Positions 1 to 8,418 of a stretch of 32,000 nucleotides of DNA are shown here, one piece after another. The stretch lies in contig OY776328.1 of the NCBI GenBank assembly GCA_963675515.1, positions 630,001 through 662,000 of the forward strand, given 5' to 3'. Source of the DNA: Coprobacillaceae bacterium. Lineage in GTDB: Bacteria; Bacillota_I; Bacilli_A; Erysipelotrichales; Coprobacillaceae. The notes beneath the pieces were generated by a model. It worked only from the letters and a program-made list of their open reading frames with translations. It did not search any database and had not been told where the DNA came from. Position 1 is the first letter of the stretch. The number at the start of each line of letters is the position of its first letter. Made by a program: the position numbers and the translations under genes.

Positions 1-527
1 CAAGCGATCCGATTGTCGGGGAAAAGATCCGCAAAGAGCTTTTCGAGTCTCCTTATTGGGTGATGTTCGATGCCGGCGTAATTGACGAAGATCAACTATA
101 CCAGGAGGTGGCGACCAATGTCTACGCTTCAATGCGGCCGTTGTTGAAGGATGTCATCTCGGGTTGGTACAATTATCTTCCGGAACTGCCGATTGGAGAA
201 CTTGTCGGGCAGCTCAAGGAAAAGGGCTATGATCTTTATCTCCTTTCCAATGCTTCGGTGCAGTTCGACAACTACCGCGACAACATAACCCTGCTCAAGG
301 ACTTCAAGGGAATCTATGTTTCCGGTTTCCACAAGCTGATAAAGCCGGGATATTTCATCTATCACGATTTCCTTGAGGAATTCAAACTGGATCCAAGTGA
401 ATGCCTGTTTATCGACGATGTCCTGGAAAACGTCGAGGGGGCAAGCAAAGCCGGGATAAAGGGGATCGTCCATGATGGCGACATCGCTCATTTGATTGCG
501 AAGCTAAAAGAGGCTGGAGTACTGTAA
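1..527 (+). CDS. HAD-superfamily hydrolase (IA-like), 5' end outside window
   Basis: Frame 3 is open from base 3. C-terminal HAD motifs are present (LLSNAS, KLIKPG, FIDDVLENVEGA) but the DxD motif I is missing, so the ATG at 60 is internal. Stop TAA at 525-527. Confidence 0.75.
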   Translation, partial: SDPIVGEKIRKELFESPYWVMFDAGVIDEDQLYQEVATNVYASMRPLLKDVISGWYNYLPELPIGELVGQLKEKGYDLYLLSNASVQFDNYRDNITLLKDFKGIYVSGFHKLIKPGYFIYHDFLEEFKLDPSECLFIDDVLENVEGASKAGIKGIVHDGDIAHLIAKLKEAGVL

Positions 528-1285
528 TGGCTTATTTTTTCTTCGATCTGGATGGGACCCTGCTCGATTCGAACCTCAATGTTCTTGATTCGACGCAGGT
601 TGCAATCGCCAAGTTGAAGGCGGCAGGTCATATTGTTGCCGTAAATACCGGACGGAGTTACCTGGGGACGCGTACCATACTGGAACAGACTAAAATCGAA
701 TACGCTATTCTCGATGGCGGAATGACCATCTACCATCGCCATGAAAAGATCAGCGAGAACGTCCTTGATCGCGATTTTGTCAGACGACTATATGTCGAAT
801 GCCGGTCGTTGGAGATCGACATCGTCCTGGCCAATGATGATGTGGCAAGAATTGTAGACGACCGCTACCGGGAAAATATCAGCGCCGACCATCCCTGGCT
901 TGCATTCGAATCGATCAAATATGAGACGACATTCGATGATGTCAAAAAGATTTTCATCTTCACAAACGAGATCCGGGCCAAGGAAATCAAGGTGCTCGCC
1001 GAAATAAACTACCTGTATTTGGAAAAGACAAAAGGGATCGTGACCGATCAGAACTGGAAGTTCAGGGGGATTTCCAGTCTGCTCGAGCATTTCTGTTTTG
1101 AAGATGCCTCAACAATAAGTTTTGGCGATTCCAACAACGATATCGAAATGCTTGAAAAATGCGACATCGGGGTGGCCATGGCCAATGCGACCCAACCGGC
1201 AAAAAAAGCCAGTGACATGGTCACTGACTCGAACGATGATGATGGAATATATCGGGCTTTGGTCAAATTGGGCTATATCGACTAA
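527..1285 (+). CDS. Cof-type HAD-IIB sugar phosphatase
   Basis: 252 aa. N-terminal FFFDLDGTLLDS (motif I), VNTGRS, and GDSNNDIEM near the C-terminus. The ATG overlaps the upstream stop (TAATG). Confidence 0.85.
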   Translation: MAYFFFDLDGTLLDSNLNVLDSTQVAIAKLKAAGHIVAVNTGRSYLGTRTILEQTKIEYAILDGGMTIYHRHEKISENVLDRDFVRRLYVECRSLEIDIVLANDDVARIVDDRYRENISADHPWLAFESIKYETTFDDVKKIFIFTNEIRAKEIKVLAEINYLYLEKTKGIVTDQNWKFRGISSLLEHFCFEDASTISFGDSNNDIEMLEKCDIGVAMANATQPAKKASDMVTDSNDDDGIYRALVKLGYID

Positions 1286-1467
1286 CGGGATTTCCCGTTG
1301 GTTTTTTTATACCAAGAATGCAGATCCTGATAATTTCCCGATTTGGCACAGCTTTGAGATGAACAACTTGAACAACCGGTTTTGCCACAGCGGTAGTTGT
1401 GGATCAGACGGTATATGATAGCCCCCAGTATAACTGCAATTACTATCAATACTATTATATCTCCCAT
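1282..1467 (-). CDS. FeoB-associated Cys-rich small membrane protein family
   Basis: 61 aa with one N-terminal TM helix (IIVLIVIAVILGAIIY) followed by a CGKTGCSSCSSQSC cluster. GGAGG lies 7 nt upstream of the ATG. No feoB gene is nearby. Confidence 0.6.
   Translation of the reverse strand: MGDIIVLIVIAVILGAIIYRLIHNYRCGKTGCSSCSSQSCAKSGNYQDLHSWYKKTNGKSR
1284..1308 (+). terminator. Rho-independent terminator after the Cof phosphatase
   Basis: AACGGG-ATTT-CCCGTT hairpin (1284-1289 pairs with 1294-1299) followed by GGTTTTTTT. Confidence 0.55.
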
Positions 1468-1536
1468 AACAAAACCTCCTTGTTAGCCTTATCTAACAAT
1501 TTGATTGTATCAAAAACTGCCAAAAAAGCAAGTTAA

Positions 1537-1570
1537 ATGCAAAAGAAAAGGAATCGTAGGATTCCTTTTC
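1537..1570 (-). terminator. Terminator of the cold-shock gene
   Basis: Perfect 11-bp stem, GAAAAGGAATC (1545-1555) with GATTCCTTTTC (1560-1570), and a 4-nt loop. On the minus strand it is followed by TTTTGCATTT. Confidence 0.7.
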
Positions 1571-1580
1571 GGTGGTTTTA

Positions 1581-1790
1581 TTATCCAGCTGCAACAGTAA
1601 CGTTTTTAGCTTGTGGTCCACGATCTGAGTCAACAACATCGAATTGAACGTTTTGTCCTTCTTCCAATGTTTTGAATCCTTCTGCCATGATTGCAGAGAA
1701 GTGAACAAAGATGTCTTTGTTTGTGTCCGCATCAGTGATGAAACCGTAACCTTTTTCTTGATCAAACCATTTAACTTTTCCCGTACTCAT
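1581..1790 (-). CDS. csp: Cold-shock protein (CspA family)
   Basis: 69 aa, [18 protein letters not shown]...DIFVHFSAI, carrying the RNP1/RNP2 motifs. GGAGGT RBS upstream of the ATG at 1790. The track ORF start at 1817 is upstream of the RBS. Confidence 0.92.
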   Translation of the reverse strand: MSTGKVKWFDQEKGYGFITDADTNKDIFVHFSAIMAEGFKTLEEGQNVQFDVVDSDRGPQAKNVTVAAG

Positions 1791-2132
1791 TTTGGTACCT
1801 CCATAAAAATTCTGCAAAATGAGTTTCTTTATGTAAAAACTTGATTCTCAAATATTTTACAAAAAGATTACTTCAATATTTGGAATCAAAGTAAATAACT
1901 AATTTGCAATAATATTTTATCATATCTCAAAAAAATAAACAAACAAAAAAATGTAAAAATAACTTAATCTTCACATTTTTAAAATTGAACGTTTACAATG
2001 TGTAAGGGGTTGTAACATAAATGTAAGCGATATTATTTAGATATATTCATATTTTTCCGAAATCTATTTGCTTCTTGTTTTCGCTTGTTGTGTGGGGCTC
2101 CGGTGCAAGAAAAAAATTGGAATATTCGACAA

Positions 2133-2167
2133 ATTGTATTGAATAGAATACAATATGGCGTTATAAT
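2133..2167 (+). promoter_or_regulatory. Sigma-A-like promoter overlapped by a palindrome
   Basis: TTGAAT (2139-2144), 17-bp spacer, TATAAT (2162-2167). The palindrome ATTGTATT-N6-AATACAAT (2133-2154) covers the -35 region. Confidence 0.4.
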
Positions 2168-2192
2168 CTGAGTATGAAGGAGGGTTTGAACA

Positions 2193-2348
2193 ATGTGGTT
2201 GAAAAGGAAAATTTCCAGAAAAGTAGTAGAAGTGAATAATGCTTATGACTATTATCGGATCGAATCATGCAAAACAGTAGACTCGAAAAGTGCGCATCCA
2301 ATCAAATATTGTGTTGAACCGACAGTTTTGCCGACCGTATATTTCTAA
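2193..2348 (+). CDS. Hypothetical small protein (51 aa), not in the ORF track
   Basis: GAAGGAGGG RBS 8 nt upstream of the ATG at 2193. MWLKRKISRKVVEVNNAYDYYRIESCKTVDSKSAHPIKYCVEPTVLPTVYF. A terminator follows immediately. No family recognised. Confidence 0.4.
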   Translation: MWLKRKISRKVVEVNNAYDYYRIESCKTVDSKSAHPIKYCVEPTVLPTVYF

Positions 2349-2353
2349 CTGAT

Positions 2354-2380
2354 AAAAGACAGCGATACTGTCTTTTATTT
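2354..2380 (+). terminator. Rho-independent terminator
   Basis: AAAAGACAG (2354-2362) pairs with CTGTCTTTT (2368-2376), followed by ATTTT. Confidence 0.65.
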
Positions 2381-2422
2381 TGGGCCAAAAAATGCTAAAC
2401 TATAACAAATGGAGGTGAAAAT

Positions 2423-2776
2423 ATGCCATATATTTCAATTAAGACATCAGTGACACTGACAATGTCACAGGAAAACCAGATTGTCGAAGAGTTGGGGAAG
2501 CTCATTACAATCATACCAGGAAAGGCCCAGGAGCGACTGATGGTCCGACTAGAAGACAACCAGCTGATGTATTTCCAGGGAAATCAAGGTGATATCCTGA
2601 TGTTCGACATCAAGACGTTTGGAAAAGCGCCAACGGAAGCGAAGGAACAATTTGCCCAGGAGTCATTCAAGATGCTTGAAAGGATAACCCGGGTGCCACT
2701 TAAAAACATGTTCTTGAACATCAGTGAAACCGACAATTGGGGAACAAACGGGAATTACAAACAAATTGAGGATTAA
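2423..2776 (+). CDS. Tautomerase/MIF-superfamily protein
   Basis: 117 aa beginning MPYISIKT (Pro-1 after Met removal is the catalytic hallmark of this family). GGAGGTG RBS. Confidence 0.65.
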   Translation: MPYISIKTSVTLTMSQENQIVEELGKLITIIPGKAQERLMVRLEDNQLMYFQGNQGDILMFDIKTFGKAPTEAKEQFAQESFKMLERITRVPLKNMFLNISETDNWGTNGNYKQIED

Positions 2777-2791
2777 TATCCGAGGAATATA

Positions 2792-2846
2792 GCCTTAAGA
2801 CCACGGTTGTGAAATCAAATCACATTTGTAGCCTTAAGGTTTTTTG
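2792..2846 (+). terminator. Probable terminator (long hairpin plus T-run)
   Basis: CCTTAAG (2793-2799) pairs with CTTAAGG (2833-2839). The loop contains an inner TGTGA/TCACA stem. Followed by TTTTTTG. Confidence 0.45.
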
Positions 2847-3961
2847 TTGTTGAACCGCGATATCATGTTTTATAATCGTTAAGCTGGTTGGTAAATAACC
2901 TCTAATTAAAGAAAAGATGTACGCAGATGTCCAAATTGGATAGTAAAGTTCAAAATATAAGGCAGTTTATTTGGTAGTCTATCCATAAATTTCTCTTCTT
3001 CGGGTTTTGTTGATTGTTACAGATACTGATGTTAATATGTGGTCGTAAAGCAGGTAAGTAATTACAGGGCACTGCCATTCTGGAAGTTTTGACTTTGCTG
3101 GAAAACAGCGAGATCTTCAGGGCCGGGGAGGTCCTGTTCGAAAACAATTCTCTGTCGATTGTCTATTCATTAATCTGCGATCATTAAAAACAGCGCGAAG
3201 GCAACTGTATCCTGGTGGCCAAAAGGGATCCGATAAATTTCAGCCTGATGGAAACTACATATCGGACTTTATCTCGACAAGATGGAATTTCCACCAATCA
3301 TGTCAAACAACAAGAAGTCCGCGATCATCGGGGCGGGTCCTGCCGCTATAACCATTTTTCGTCATCTATGGCAAGAAGGATAGGTTTGTCAAAGAAAAGA
3401 AAGACAAACAGGAAAAATATCTCAAGCCTTTCTACATGCCTGACAATCTTGATTTCGGAGTTTACCTGCCAAGCGAATATGGAACCGAAACATAAGGGAT
3501 TACAATGCAAGCATCAATATCAAAAATGAAGGTATACGCTTGGTCAAAGCGTGAACAAACAGAACCGTGGGACACACGGGGATAGCTCGCTTAAGCTGTA
3601 GCTGTTAGGCTAGTTGAACGAGAAGCCCCACTTCTTCAAGTGGTGGGAGCATGTCACTTTACAATACAGAAAATATTATCAGCAGTTTGAAATATTGCCT
3701 AAGCACAATCCCCGGGGAGTCCTGGTGGTTGTGCTTTTTTATTTTTATGATTTGAAACCATTCAAAAATACTTGATAAATACGAGGTGTTTTAAGGTTTT
3801 TGCGGTATAATGAATGCAAAGGGAATGTGATATTCATTTGATAACAGTTCAAATATGGCTTGCTTCGCCGATATACGACCAGCCGAAAAATATAATATGA
3901 TAATTGGTGAGGAAGTTTCGGAATGGAAAATGAAAAGATTCAGAAAAATGCTCAAACCATA

Positions 3962-3992
3962 TTGACCGGTAGTTGCTCCCGGGTGCTAAAGT
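3962..3992 (+). promoter_or_regulatory. MerR-type promoter/operator, copy 1
   Basis: TTGACC (3962-3967), 19-bp spacer, TAAAGT (3987-3992). Dyad CCGGTAG-TTG-CTCCCGG (3966-3982). Near-identical to 13385-13415. Confidence 0.55.
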
Positions 3993-4375
3993 TTATCCGT
4001 CGTAGGAAATTTGGCTGAAGCGATGACAGATAAAATGAGGAACTTGACATCAAAAAAAAATCAAAAAATGCCGATTTTAGCTATGTTATGGCATCTGACA
4101 AATGATGGTCGCGACGACTGCGAAGGTGGTGCTTCTGGATACGTTCGAAAGTTGCTGTCACTGGATTGTGATGGCTAACGGATGTGGAAATGGAAATGAT
4201 GCAGGGACGGATTGGGAAAAATCCGGTTTATTGAATCAGGATATGATGCGGACTAAGAGTCGGTTGGAAATCCGCCAGAAATACTGCAACATAATTATCT
4301 GGATTTGTTTAATGTTTTTAATCAATTATTTCGATGAGCGGTAAGTTATTTTGATTTAGTTATGGAGGTCTAAAA

Positions 4376-5143
4376 ATGATATTTTATTTTACTGCGACAG
4401 GCAATAGTCTGCATGTTGCCCGACAATTTGGAGACAATCTGATAAGTATTCCCCAGGTTATCAAAAACGATGATCTGGTATTTGAAGATGAAACAATCGG
4501 AGTTGTTTGGCCGGTTTATGCCGGTGAACCACCTAAAATGGTTCTCGATTTCTTAACGAAAGCAACGTTTAAAACCGATTATTTCTATATGATACTGACA
4601 TACGGCAAGGATGAAACTGATGCCCCTGAATTTGTCGCATCCTTGTGCGAGAATATGGGTAAGCCAGTCGATTATGTCAATGCGATCCTGATGGTTGACA
4701 ATTACCTTCCATCGTTCGACATGCTTGAACAGATGGCAATTGATAAAAAAGTCGATGAACAAATCGCGGTCGCGGTGGCGGATGTTGCCGCAAAGAAAAA
4801 AGGAATTCCGGTAGCCAGTCAGGAAGGTCGAGATTTTCATGCAAGAGCCAAAAAGATTTTCACAGAAAACCCAGGCTTGATCAATGGGGAGCAGATTACC
4901 GTCACTGATAAATGTATTGGCTGTGGACTTTGTGTCCGAGTGTGTCCGGTGGGAAGATTCTATCTAGAAGATGGGAAAGCCAAGAGATATCAAAACACCT
5001 GTGAATTCTGTCTGGCATGCGCTCATATCTGCCCTCAAAAAGCGATCACCACTAGTGTTTCGGACAAGAATCCAGATGCCAGGTATCGCAATGAGCATGT
5101 GAGCGTGCAAGATATCATCGCATCGAATGAACAAAAAGGCTAG
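4376..5143 (+). CDS. Flavodoxin-like domain fused to a 2x[4Fe-4S] ferredoxin domain (EFR1-type)
   Basis: 255 aa. N-terminal MIFYFTATGNSLHVA flavodoxin-like fold. C-terminal CIGCGLCVRVCP and CEFCLACAHICP cluster motifs. GGAGG RBS. Confidence 0.8.
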   Translation: MIFYFTATGNSLHVARQFGDNLISIPQVIKNDDLVFEDETIGVVWPVYAGEPPKMVLDFLTKATFKTDYFYMILTYGKDETDAPEFVASLCENMGKPVDYVNAILMVDNYLPSFDMLEQMAIDKKVDEQIAVAVADVAAKKKGIPVASQEGRDFHARAKKIFTENPGLINGEQITVTDKCIGCGLCVRVCPVGRFYLEDGKAKRYQNTCEFCLACAHICPQKAITTSVSDKNPDARYRNEHVSVQDIIASNEQKG

Positions 5144-5191
5144 AAAGTCATCTAGCAACATTATTAAATGAAGAAAACAGGAGAAAACAAA

Positions 5192-6039
5192 ATGGAAAAA
5201 TTTTTATTAAACGACAACAATATGATCCCGGCAATCGGATTCGGGGTGTTTCAGGTACCAAACGACGGACCAACTTACGAAGCGACATTGAAGGCTTTGA
5301 AAGCCGGTTACCGTCATATCGACACGGCTGCAGTGTATTTCAATGAAAGCGATGTGGGTAAGGCGGTAAAAGATAGCGGCATCGACAGAAGCGAGATTTT
5401 CATCACTTCGAAATTGTGGCCTCAGGATTACGGTTATGAAAATGCCAAAATCGGAATCAAGAATTCCTTGAATAATTTAGGTATGGATTATATCGACTTG
5501 TACCTGCTCCACCAACCATACGGTGATCTTAAAGGTGCCTGGAAGGCTTTGGAAGAGGCAAAGGATGCGGGAACCATCAAATCAATCGGGATCTCGAATC
5601 AGACTTTGAAATTCTTCAACGAGTTTGTGAAGGACATCCGCATCATGCCGGCGGTCAACCAGGTCGAATGCATCCTCTGTTCCAACAAAAGGAATTGCGC
5701 AAAGTCATGGATAAATACGGCATCCGGTTGGAAGCGTGGTATCCGTTTGGCCATGGCAACAAGGACTTGTTGGAAAATGCCTACCTGGTAAGCCTGTCTG
5801 AAAAATATAATAAAAACACCGGTCAGATAATCTTGAGATGGCATTTCCAGGAAGGTATCATCTCGCTACCTAAATCGACCAACGATGAAAGAATCAAGGG
5901 TAACATCGATATATTTGATTTTGAACTGAGTGATGAGGAAATGGAAAATATCCGGTCAATCGATACAGGAAAAGGGACCCATAACCCTGAAGATCCAAGC
6001 ATTGCTGAAAGGCTGAGTGGATTGAAGGTCCATGATTAA
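5192..6039 (+). pseudogene. Aldo/keto reductase with a -1 frameshift
   Basis: The N-terminal part is in frame 2 (MEKFLLNDNNMIPAIGFGVF...AVNQVE). The C-terminal part is in frame 1 (HPLFQQKELRKVMDKYGIRLEAWYPFG...). Only 2 nt (5669-5670) lie between codon GAA and CAT, so one base is missing. Confidence 0.85.
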
Positions 6040-6093
6040 CCTGGTTTTATCGGGATATCATATTAAAATTAAAAATTGGATGAGGTAGATATA

Positions 6094-6453
6094 ATGGAAA
6101 AAGTATTGGAATTGTCGAGAAAAATCTGGGATGCGATGCAAAAAGAAGACATCCCTGCATTGAAAGAATATGTTCATCAGGATGCATTGTTTGTTCACAT
6201 GGGAGTTACCTTATCTCGTGATGACGAATTGGATGTGATCAAAGAAAGAAAAATAGTCTATAAAGAAATCGAATTTGAGGAAACCACGGTAAAAGAATTC
6301 GATTCTACTATAATTGTGCTGACAAAATTGAAGATGACGGCAGTGGTAGGTGGCAATGAAGTATCAAATCCTTTCGTGGTCACGGAAGTATACACGAATG
6401 CTGATAATGAAATGAAAATGGCGTCAATGTCTTATACTCGAATCATTTACTAA
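6094..6453 (+). CDS. NTF2-like/SnoaL-like (DUF4440-type) small protein
   Basis: 119 aa from the ATG at 6094, with a GAGGTAG RBS. Size and pattern (WDAM...ALFVHMG...) fit the NTF2-like fold. Last gene of the 4376-6453 operon. Confidence 0.55.
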   Translation: MEKVLELSRKIWDAMQKEDIPALKEYVHQDALFVHMGVTLSRDDELDVIKERKIVYKEIEFEETTVKEFDSTIIVLTKLKMTAVVGGNEVSNPFVVTEVYTNADNEMKMASMSYTRIIY

Positions 6454-6489
6454 GATTCATATTTAATGATTAAAAAAGATCGAACTTGA

Positions 6490-6523
6490 GTCGAGAACCC
6501 GGATGATCAAGGTTCTCGACTTT
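6490..6523 (+). terminator. Rho-independent terminator
   Basis: Perfect 10-bp stem, GTCGAGAACC (6490-6499) with GGTTCTCGAC (6511-6520), followed by TTT. Confidence 0.7.
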
Positions 6524-6625
6524 GCTCAATCTGTGACTTTTTTAATCTATCCAATATTACATGACTATCTTTTCAAAGGTGCTTGTCGTTAGTTGCGTTG
6601 CGGTTTTCGGTTGGGCGGTGAATTA

Positions 6626-7024
6626 ATGAAATCAAAAAAACATAAAATTAACTTGATTCATCTAGTGATATCGCTGATTGTATGTGCGTCTGTATTGGTC
6701 GGGTGTGATGTAGGTGAGTTTGAAGGTAACAACAACGATTTACAGGAGGACAATAGTATGAATGGTGATATTTCTGGAGTAGGCGATGAAGAAACTGGAT
6801 TGAATCGGCTTCCTCAGGTATTGGCTGAGATTCCAAATGAATACCGGCGACAATCGGACAGCCAAGGCGTTTTGCATGATCTTTATTATCAAACGTATGA
6901 ATCGATGAGCTATAAGCAAAAGCGAAGAATTTTGACAAAACATGCGGTTGTATATATCCCCTATGGATATTCACAAGAAGTCAAATATGATGTTTTCTAT
7001 TTGATGCATGGCGGCTGGAGCAAC
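6626..7024 (+). pseudogene. Lipoprotein esterase (PF00756-like alpha/beta hydrolase), N-terminal part, cut by the RIT element
   Basis: MKSKKHKINLIHLVISLIVCASVLVGC lipoprotein signal, then ...VVYIPYGYSQEVKYDVFYLMHGGWSN. The reading frame runs into the left TIR at 7024. Confidence 0.75.
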
Positions 7025-7112
7025 GATTATTCCGATAAAATAGTTATTCCGATATTTCTATCTATTGCCTGATTTTACTGCGTTAATTTTACAAAACATC
7101 GGAATAACTTAT
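7024..7112. repeat. RIT left terminal inverted repeat (89 bp)
   Basis: Exact reverse complement of 10412-10500, checked base by base. Contains TTATTCCGAT at 7027-7036 and 7044-7053, and the inverted copy at 7098-7107. Confidence 0.95.
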
Positions 7113-7179
7113 AGTCATAAATAGTTTTTTGTCTTATTCTAAAACTGTAGAATTAACAGTTTTAGAAAGGAGACTACTA

Positions 7180-8418
7180 ATGAAAAAACGTTGTTTAAAC
7201 GACGGTATCGATGCTGTAATGAGGTACCACATTGATAACCGCAATAATGAGACTATGTTTAAATACCAGAAAGCCTGTGACACTATAAGGGATATTTATT
7301 GTGAGCACAAGACGGAGTTCTATGATGAAGAATTGACTGAAAAAACGCTAATCGCAATTAAAGACCGATTGAAAGGATTCGCTAATCCAAATTTTACTTC
7401 AGAAAGATATCTTTTCCGCACTCTTTGCATGTTGCGTGATTATTTTAATGATAGACCATTTAAAGATAGCTACCCTTTAGTGAGCCGATATAAACATTCT
7501 TTGGACCCTTTCTTTGAGAAATGGGCTATTGATTTCAAGAATTCATTGAATAAAAAACCACTGACAATTCCAAATATATATTCCATAGCAAGAGATTTTT
7601 TCCATTATCTCCAGTTACAGGATATGAAGGATTTCTATTGTATCTCTCAAGACACCATTTATGCTTTTCTACAGTATGAATACTCCGATCATCAGGGTTC
7701 TATGGGAAACATAATGTATGTCATGCGGCTCTTGTGTGATTTTCTTCGACACAAAGGATTCATAAATATTCCTTCGGAACTGATTCCTTTTGCACTTCCA
7801 CCATCACGAAAGAAGGTGTTGCCATCATTTGATAACTCTGACATGGAAAGAATACTAAATACACCGGATAGGTCTGATGCTGGCGGGAAACGGGACTATG
7901 CAATTCTTATGTTAGCCTCTTTTACAGGGCTTCGGGCTGTTGACATTGCAAATATCAAGCTTAGTGATATAGACTGGGTTAAACTTACGATTCATTTACT
8001 ACAACATAAAACGGGCTATGGCTTGGCTCTGCCATTGGATGCTGAAGCAGCTGCCGCTATTGCAGAATATATATTATGTGGACGCCCAGATACCGAGCTC
8101 CCATATGTATTTCTAACAGAAGTTAGGCCATACAGAAAGCTAAGCAATAAATCTAGTGTCGCAAATATAATTAATAAGTACATAAAATTAGCTGGTATTG
8201 ACAAGTCGGCCCATGATGGAAAATCTTTTCACGCTTTTCGTCGAAGTATGGGAGTATGGCTGTTAAATACAAATGCTGACCCGGAGATGATATCACAGGT
8301 ACTGGGACATTATAGTAGCGACGCTCTAAAGCGTTACCTTCCATTGGATGTTTCATCTCTACGCATTTGTGCTATTGGATTTGAAAAAATTCCGGTTATA
8401 TCCGAGGTGTACCTATGA
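7180..8418 (+). CDS. ritA: Tyrosine recombinase, first of trio (RitA position)
   Basis: AAAGGAG RBS before the ATG at 7180. C-terminal FHAFRRSMGVWLL...VLGHYSSDALKRYLPL (HxxR...H...Y). About 412 aa. Confidence 0.85.
   Translation: MKKRCLNDGIDAVMRYHIDNRNNETMFKYQKACDTIRDIYCEHKTEFYDEELTEKTLIAIKDRLKGFANPNFTSERYLFRTLCMLRDYFNDRPFKDSYPLVSRYKHSLDPFFEKWAIDFKNSLNKKPLTIPNIYSIARDFFHYLQLQDMKDFYCISQDTIYAFLQYEYSDHQGSMGNIMYVMRLLCDFLRHKGFINIPSELIPFALPPSRKKVLPSFDNSDMERILNTPDRSDAGGKRDYAILMLASFTGLRAVDIANIKLSDIDWVKLTIHLLQHKTGYGLALPLDAEAAAAIAEYILCGRPDTELPYVFLTEVRPYRKLSNKSSVANIINKYIKLAGIDKSAHDGKSFHAFRRSMGVWLLNTNADPEMISQVLGHYSSDALKRYLPLDVSSLRICAIGFEKIPVISEVYL

Noticed and set aside
129-491. 120-aa minus-strand ORF, and similar antisense ORFs at 788-1090, 1048-1266 and 1122-1418
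   Set aside because: They overlap the two HAD genes, which have clear catalytic motifs. They are shadow frames.
3215-3529. 104-aa ORF
   Set aside because: The other frames of the same stretch contain recognisable fragments, including a Rossmann N-terminus at 3300. This frame looks like a chance ORF across decayed sequence.
3585-3645. tRNA-like start GGGGATAGCTCG ... GCCCCA
   Set aside because: The span between the putative acceptor halves is only about 57 nt. No D, anticodon or T arms can be drawn.
4102-4344. 80-aa ORF in the leader upstream of the flavodoxin/ferredoxin gene
   Set aside because: It has no Shine-Dalgarno, an odd composition (Cys/Trp/Met-rich) and no family resemblance. It is treated as non-coding leader.
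7027-7107. Short repeated 10-mers (TTATTCCGAT) as a possible CRISPR or iteron array
   Set aside because: There are only three copies in mixed orientation with irregular spacing, and they lie inside the RIT terminal inverted repeat. They are better explained as recombinase-binding motifs.
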